Source: Candidatus Krumholzibacteriia bacterium
GTDB taxonomy: Bacteria; Krumholzibacteriota; Krumholzibacteriia; LZORAL124-64-63
Direction of reading: 5' to 3'
Assembly (NCBI GenBank): GCA_036351155.1
Contig: JAZBOO010000173.1
Span: 1 to 11,078, forward strand
DNA: 11,078 nt
This document shows positions 7,912-11,078 of this stretch, piece after piece; position 1 is the first letter of the stretch, and each line of letters opens with the position of its first letter. A program made the translations under genes and the position numbers. Under the pieces are notes generated by a model. That model was not told where the DNA came from, did not search any database, and saw only the letters and a list, made by a program, of their open reading frames with translations.

Positions 7912-8792
7912 TCGGATTCCTTCTCCTTCAAGAGGGGGTACCCCAGTTCCTCGCGGCTCTGGACATAGGCCTGGGCCGCCTGCCTGGCCAGATTACGAAC
8001 CCGGGCAATATAACCCGTTCTTTCGGTCACCGAGATGGCGCCCCGCGCCTCCAGCAGGTTGAACATGTGGCTGCACTTGATGACCGCATCGTAGCCCGGA
8101 TGCACCAGCCCCACGTCCAGCAGGGTCTTGGCCTCGGCTTCCTTCTCATCGAAATGGCGCCGGTACAGCGCCACATCGGCGTGCTCGAAGTTGAAGGCCG
8201 AATACTCGCGCTCGAACTGGCCCATGACCTCTCCCCAGGTCAAGCCGCCGCCCCAGACGATATCCTTGAGGTGATCCACTCCCTGGATGAACATGCACAG
8301 GCGCAGAAGGCCATAGGTCAGCTCCACGGACACCGGCTTGCAACGGATGCCGCCCACCTGCTGGAAGTAGGTGAACTGGCTGACTTCCATCCCGTCCAGC
8401 CAGACTTCCCAGCCCAGACCGGCGGCGCCCAGGGTGGGCGATTCCCAGTCGTCCTCGACGAACCGGATGTCATGCTCCTCACGTTCGATGCCCAGGCTGC
8501 GCAGGGATTCCAGGTACAGTTCCTGGCTGTTGGCCGGATTGGGCTTGAGGATCACCTGGTACTGGAGGAACTGGTGGACCCGGTTGGGATTTTCCAGGTA
8601 GCGGCCGTCCTTGGGGCGCTTGCTGGGCTCCACGTAGGCCACTTTCCAGGGTTCGGGGCCCAGAGCACGCAGGAAGGTGTTGGGATTGAAAGTTCCGGCC
8701 CCCACCTCGCTGTTGTAGGGCTGGACAACCACGCAGCCATGGTCGCTCCAGAACTTCTGGAGGTTGGCGATCATTTGCTGGTATTCCATCAT
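7908..8792 (-). CDS. glyQ: Glycine--tRNA ligase alpha subunit
   Basis: [89 protein letters not shown] lies in the recO 3' end. Confidence 0.98.
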   Translation of the reverse strand: MMEYQQMIANLQKFWSDHGCVVVQPYNSEVGAGTFNPNTFLRALGPEPWKVAYVEPSKRPKDGRYLENPNRVHQFLQYQVILKPNPANSQELYLESLRSLGIEREEHDIRFVEDDWESPTLGAAGLGWEVWLDGMEVSQFTYFQQVGGIRCKPVSVELTYGLLRLCMFIQGVDHLKDIVWGGGLTWGEVMGQFEREYSAFNFEHADVALYRRHFDEKEAEAKTLLDVGLVHPGYDAVIKCSHMFNLLEARGAISVTERTGYIARVRNLARQAAQAYVQSREELGYPLLKEKESE

Positions 8793-8796
8793 CGGC

Positions 8797-9654
8797 TCAG
8801 GTCTCCTTCAGGTTTCCCTGGTTGTCAGGCACCGGGGCGGTCACAGGGACGGTCCGGGGCCGACGCAGCAGTTCCAGGGCCCGCGGCAAGCGGTAAGCCG
8901 GCAGGTGGTACCCCAGAAAGTGATGAAGAGCGGAACCGATTTCCCGGCGCATGGCCCGGGGCAATGGTTCGTCCAGGTTCTGGGCCAGGCCCAGCCGGGA
9001 CAGGTTCCGCAGGTAGCCCAGGGCAGTTGCCCCCAGGGGCCGCTTGCCGGCACTTCCCCGGCGAGAGCAGTCCTCGCACAGAACTCCACCTTCACCGGGG
9101 CTGAACCAGAGCGTGGCTCCGGTGAGCTCGGCCAGTTGGGTGCCGCAACTGATGCAGGATTCAATTTCCGGGGCCATTCCGTGCCTGGCCAGCAGTTCCC
9201 ATTCGAACGCGAAAAACAGCAGGGCGGGCCCCCGGCAGGAGGACGAGGATAACACCCGAACGAATTGCTCGCAAACGGCAAACAGGTCGGCGGTCCCGGT
9301 CCGCTCGTCGCCTTCATCAAGAGGTCCACAGCGGTCGATCAATTCGAGGGCCCCCTGCAGAAAGGCCGATTTTTCCAGGGTGGGCTCGCCGGACATGGGA
9401 TCCAGTTCGACATTCCCCCCACGCAAGAACTGCAGGTCGCGTTCGGCATCGAGGCTGAACTCGGCTTCGATCAGGCGGCCGGGCTCCACCAGAGGCCGCA
9501 ACCGGGAACCTGGCTGGCGCACGCCCCGGGCCAGAACCTTCACGAAACCATGATCCCGGGTCAACAGGGAAGCGATCACGCTGGTTTCACGACAGGGCCA
9601 CACCCGCAGGACCAGAGCCGGGCCATGGGCCGTGGGCTTGGGAAGCACACCCAT
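8797..9654 (-). CDS. recO: DNA repair protein RecO (zinc-finger type)
   Basis: N-terminal OB-fold pattern ([32 protein letters not shown]), FEWELL..HGMAP, and C4 Zn finger [12 protein letters not shown]. Common recO-glyQS adjacency. Confidence 0.93.
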   Translation of the reverse strand: MGVLPKPTAHGPALVLRVWPCRETSVIASLLTRDHGFVKVLARGVRQPGSRLRPLVEPGRLIEAEFSLDAERDLQFLRGGNVELDPMSGEPTLEKSAFLQGALELIDRCGPLDEGDERTGTADLFAVCEQFVRVLSSSSCRGPALLFFAFEWELLARHGMAPEIESCISCGTQLAELTGATLWFSPGEGGVLCEDCSRRGSAGKRPLGATALGYLRNLSRLGLAQNLDEPLPRAMRREIGSALHHFLGYHLPAYRLPRALELLRRPRTVPVTAPVPDNQGNLKET

Positions 9655-9656
9655 GT

Positions 9657-11078
9657 TTAACCGATTCCGCCCAGGCTCAGCAGGATGGTGGCCAGACCCA
9701 GATAGATCAACATGCTCACCACATCGTTGGCCGTGGTGATGAAGGGCCCGGTGGCCACGGCCGGGTCAATGCCCCCGCGATGCAGCAAAAGGGGAATGCC
9801 CGTGCCGGCCAGGGCGGCAAACAGGATCACAAACAGCATGGTCATGGACAGGACGAGGGAGAGTGCCTGGTCCTGGCTGACCAGGAAGGACACCACGCCA
9901 ATGGCCAGGGCCACCACGATGCCGGTCACGACAGCCGTCCAGAATTCCCGGAGGAGATGCCGGCCCAGATGGAAGAAATCCACCTCACCGGTCGCCAGTC
10001 CTCGCACCACCACCGACGAGGTCTGGATACCGATGTTGCCCGCCATGGCCATGATCATGGGGATGTAGAAAGCCAGAGCCACCTTGGCCTCCAGACTTTT
10101 TTCGAAATGGTCCAGGACCACCACGGCCCCCAGCTGGCCGATGAGGGCACCCAGCAGCCAGGGTAACCGGGAGCGCGCCACGCGGAACGAGGAGTGCTCG
10201 CCAAATTCCTCGACACTGACACCCGCCAGTCGGGAGATATCCTCGGTGGCCTCCTCCTCCATGACGTCCAGAACATCGTCGGCGGTGATCACACCCACCA
10301 GCTTCCCCTGATGATTCACCACCGGAACGGTGATCAGATCGTGGATGCGAAAGAAGGCCGCCACATCTTCCTGGTCCAGACCTGTGTCCACGTAAAGAGG
10401 TTCGGATTCCATCACGTCCTTGACCAGGGCCACCGGCCGGGTCAACAACAGCCGCACCAGGGGGAGGCGACCGGTCAATCGCCCTGCATCGTCCACCACA
10501 TAGACAAAGTGGATGTCTTCCAGATCGTTCTCATCGGTGTGCCGCAGACCGGCCACGGCCTGGCCACACGTGGCATCCTCGTTGCAGGTGGCCACCTCCT
10601 TGGCCATGATTCCGCCGGCACTTTCCGGGGCATGGCTCAGCAGTTCGGCAACTTCCCCCCGCTCTTCCTCTTCCATGGCGGCCAGGATTTCCTGGGCCTG
10701 CTCCTCTTCAAGCTCCCCCAGCAAATCGGTGGCGTCATCCGAAGGCATCTCTTCGATGATGTCGGCGATCTCATCGATATCCAGCAACGTGAAAAGAGCA
10801 CTGAGACTGCGGTTGTCGATCTCGGCCAGCACCTCGGCCAAAGGATCCTGGGGCAAAAGGCGCAAGATCATGGCGGTATCGGGCACGCTCAGGGGTCTCA
10901 GGACCTCGGACAGATCGCCAGGAGACAGCTCGGTGGCCAGTGCGCGGATACGTTCTTCATCGCCCAGATCCAGCAGTTCCACGAACTGCCGCTCCAGAGC
11001 GTGGTGCTCGGCGTCCAGGTTGGAGGGATCGAGAACCCGGTCTTCGGTCCGGTCCAGCGGTGTGCTCTTGGGATCCTG
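9657..11078 (-). CDS. mgtE: Magnesium transporter MgtE (5'-truncated by window edge)
   Basis: Acidic N-domain (EEMPSDDATDLL), SAGGIM plus CBS pair, RLPWL, MAGNIGIQT, GIDPAVATGPFITTANDV. Frame stays open for 32 codons upstream of the GTG at 10982 to the edge (QDPKSTP..ERQFV), so the true start is probably outside the window. Confidence 0.96.
   Translation of the reverse strand, partial: QDPKSTPLDRTEDRVLDPSNLDAEHHALERQFVELLDLGDEERIRALATELSPGDLSEVLRPLSVPDTAMILRLLPQDPLAEVLAEIDNRSLSALFTLLDIDEIADIIEEMPSDDATDLLGELEEEQAQEILAAMEEEERGEVAELLSHAPESAGGIMAKEVATCNEDATCGQAVAGLRHTDENDLEDIHFVYVVDDAGRLTGRLPLVRLLLTRPVALVKDVMESEPLYVDTGLDQEDVAAFFRIHDLITVPVVNHQGKLVGVITADDVLDVMEEEATEDISRLAGVSVEEFGEHSSFRVARSRLPWLLGALIGQLGAVVVLDHFEKSLEAKVALAFYIPMIMAMAGNIGIQTSSVVVRGLATGEVDFFHLGRHLLREFWTAVVTGIVVALAIGVVSFLVSQDQALSLVLSMTMLFVILFAALAGTGIPLLLHRGGIDPAVATGPFITTANDVVSMLIYLGLATILLSLGGIG

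Noticed and set aside
6028..9660. Plus-strand ORFs 6028..7968, 8067..9104, 8764..9252, 9044..9553, 9265..9660 and other short overlapping ORFs
   Set aside because: They overlap well-supported glyS, glyQ and recO, are expected in GC-rich DNA, and show no recognisable domains.
10980..10982. GTG at 10982 as the mgtE start
   Set aside because: Frame is open and protein-like to the window edge, so the start is probably further upstream.
1..11078. CRISPR arrays, DGR template/variable repeats, IS elements, tRNA/rRNA, recoded stop codons
   Set aside because: No spaced direct repeats, long near-identical duplications, transposase/RT/integrase ORFs, cloverleafs or in-frame stops were seen by eye. A self-dotplot would confirm.

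Overview
GC-rich bacterial chromosomal window in which all six real genes lie on the minus strand. The long plus-strand ORFs are in-register antisense shadows. Right half: a tightly packed housekeeping run, mgtE (5'-truncated by the window edge) - recO - glyQ - glyS, ending in an intrinsic terminator. Left half: two separately promoted cell-envelope genes. (i) A 1057-aa acidic, Sec-exported multidomain protein with a C-terminal FlgD-Ig/T9SS-type sorting domain, extreme codon bias, a ~280-nt structured leader and a double 3' hairpin; it is a candidate major surface or S-layer-like protein. (ii) A >609-aa lipoprotein with about four Ig/FN3-like repeats, which runs off the left edge and is absent from the supplied ORF track. 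This protein style suggests a non-Bacteroidota FCB-group organism such as Krumholzibacteriota/Latescibacterota (inference). No mobile elements, CRISPR arrays, tRNA or rRNA genes were seen. The most interesting items are the surface-protein/lipoprotein pair, their structured leaders, and non-canonical motif residues in GlyQ.
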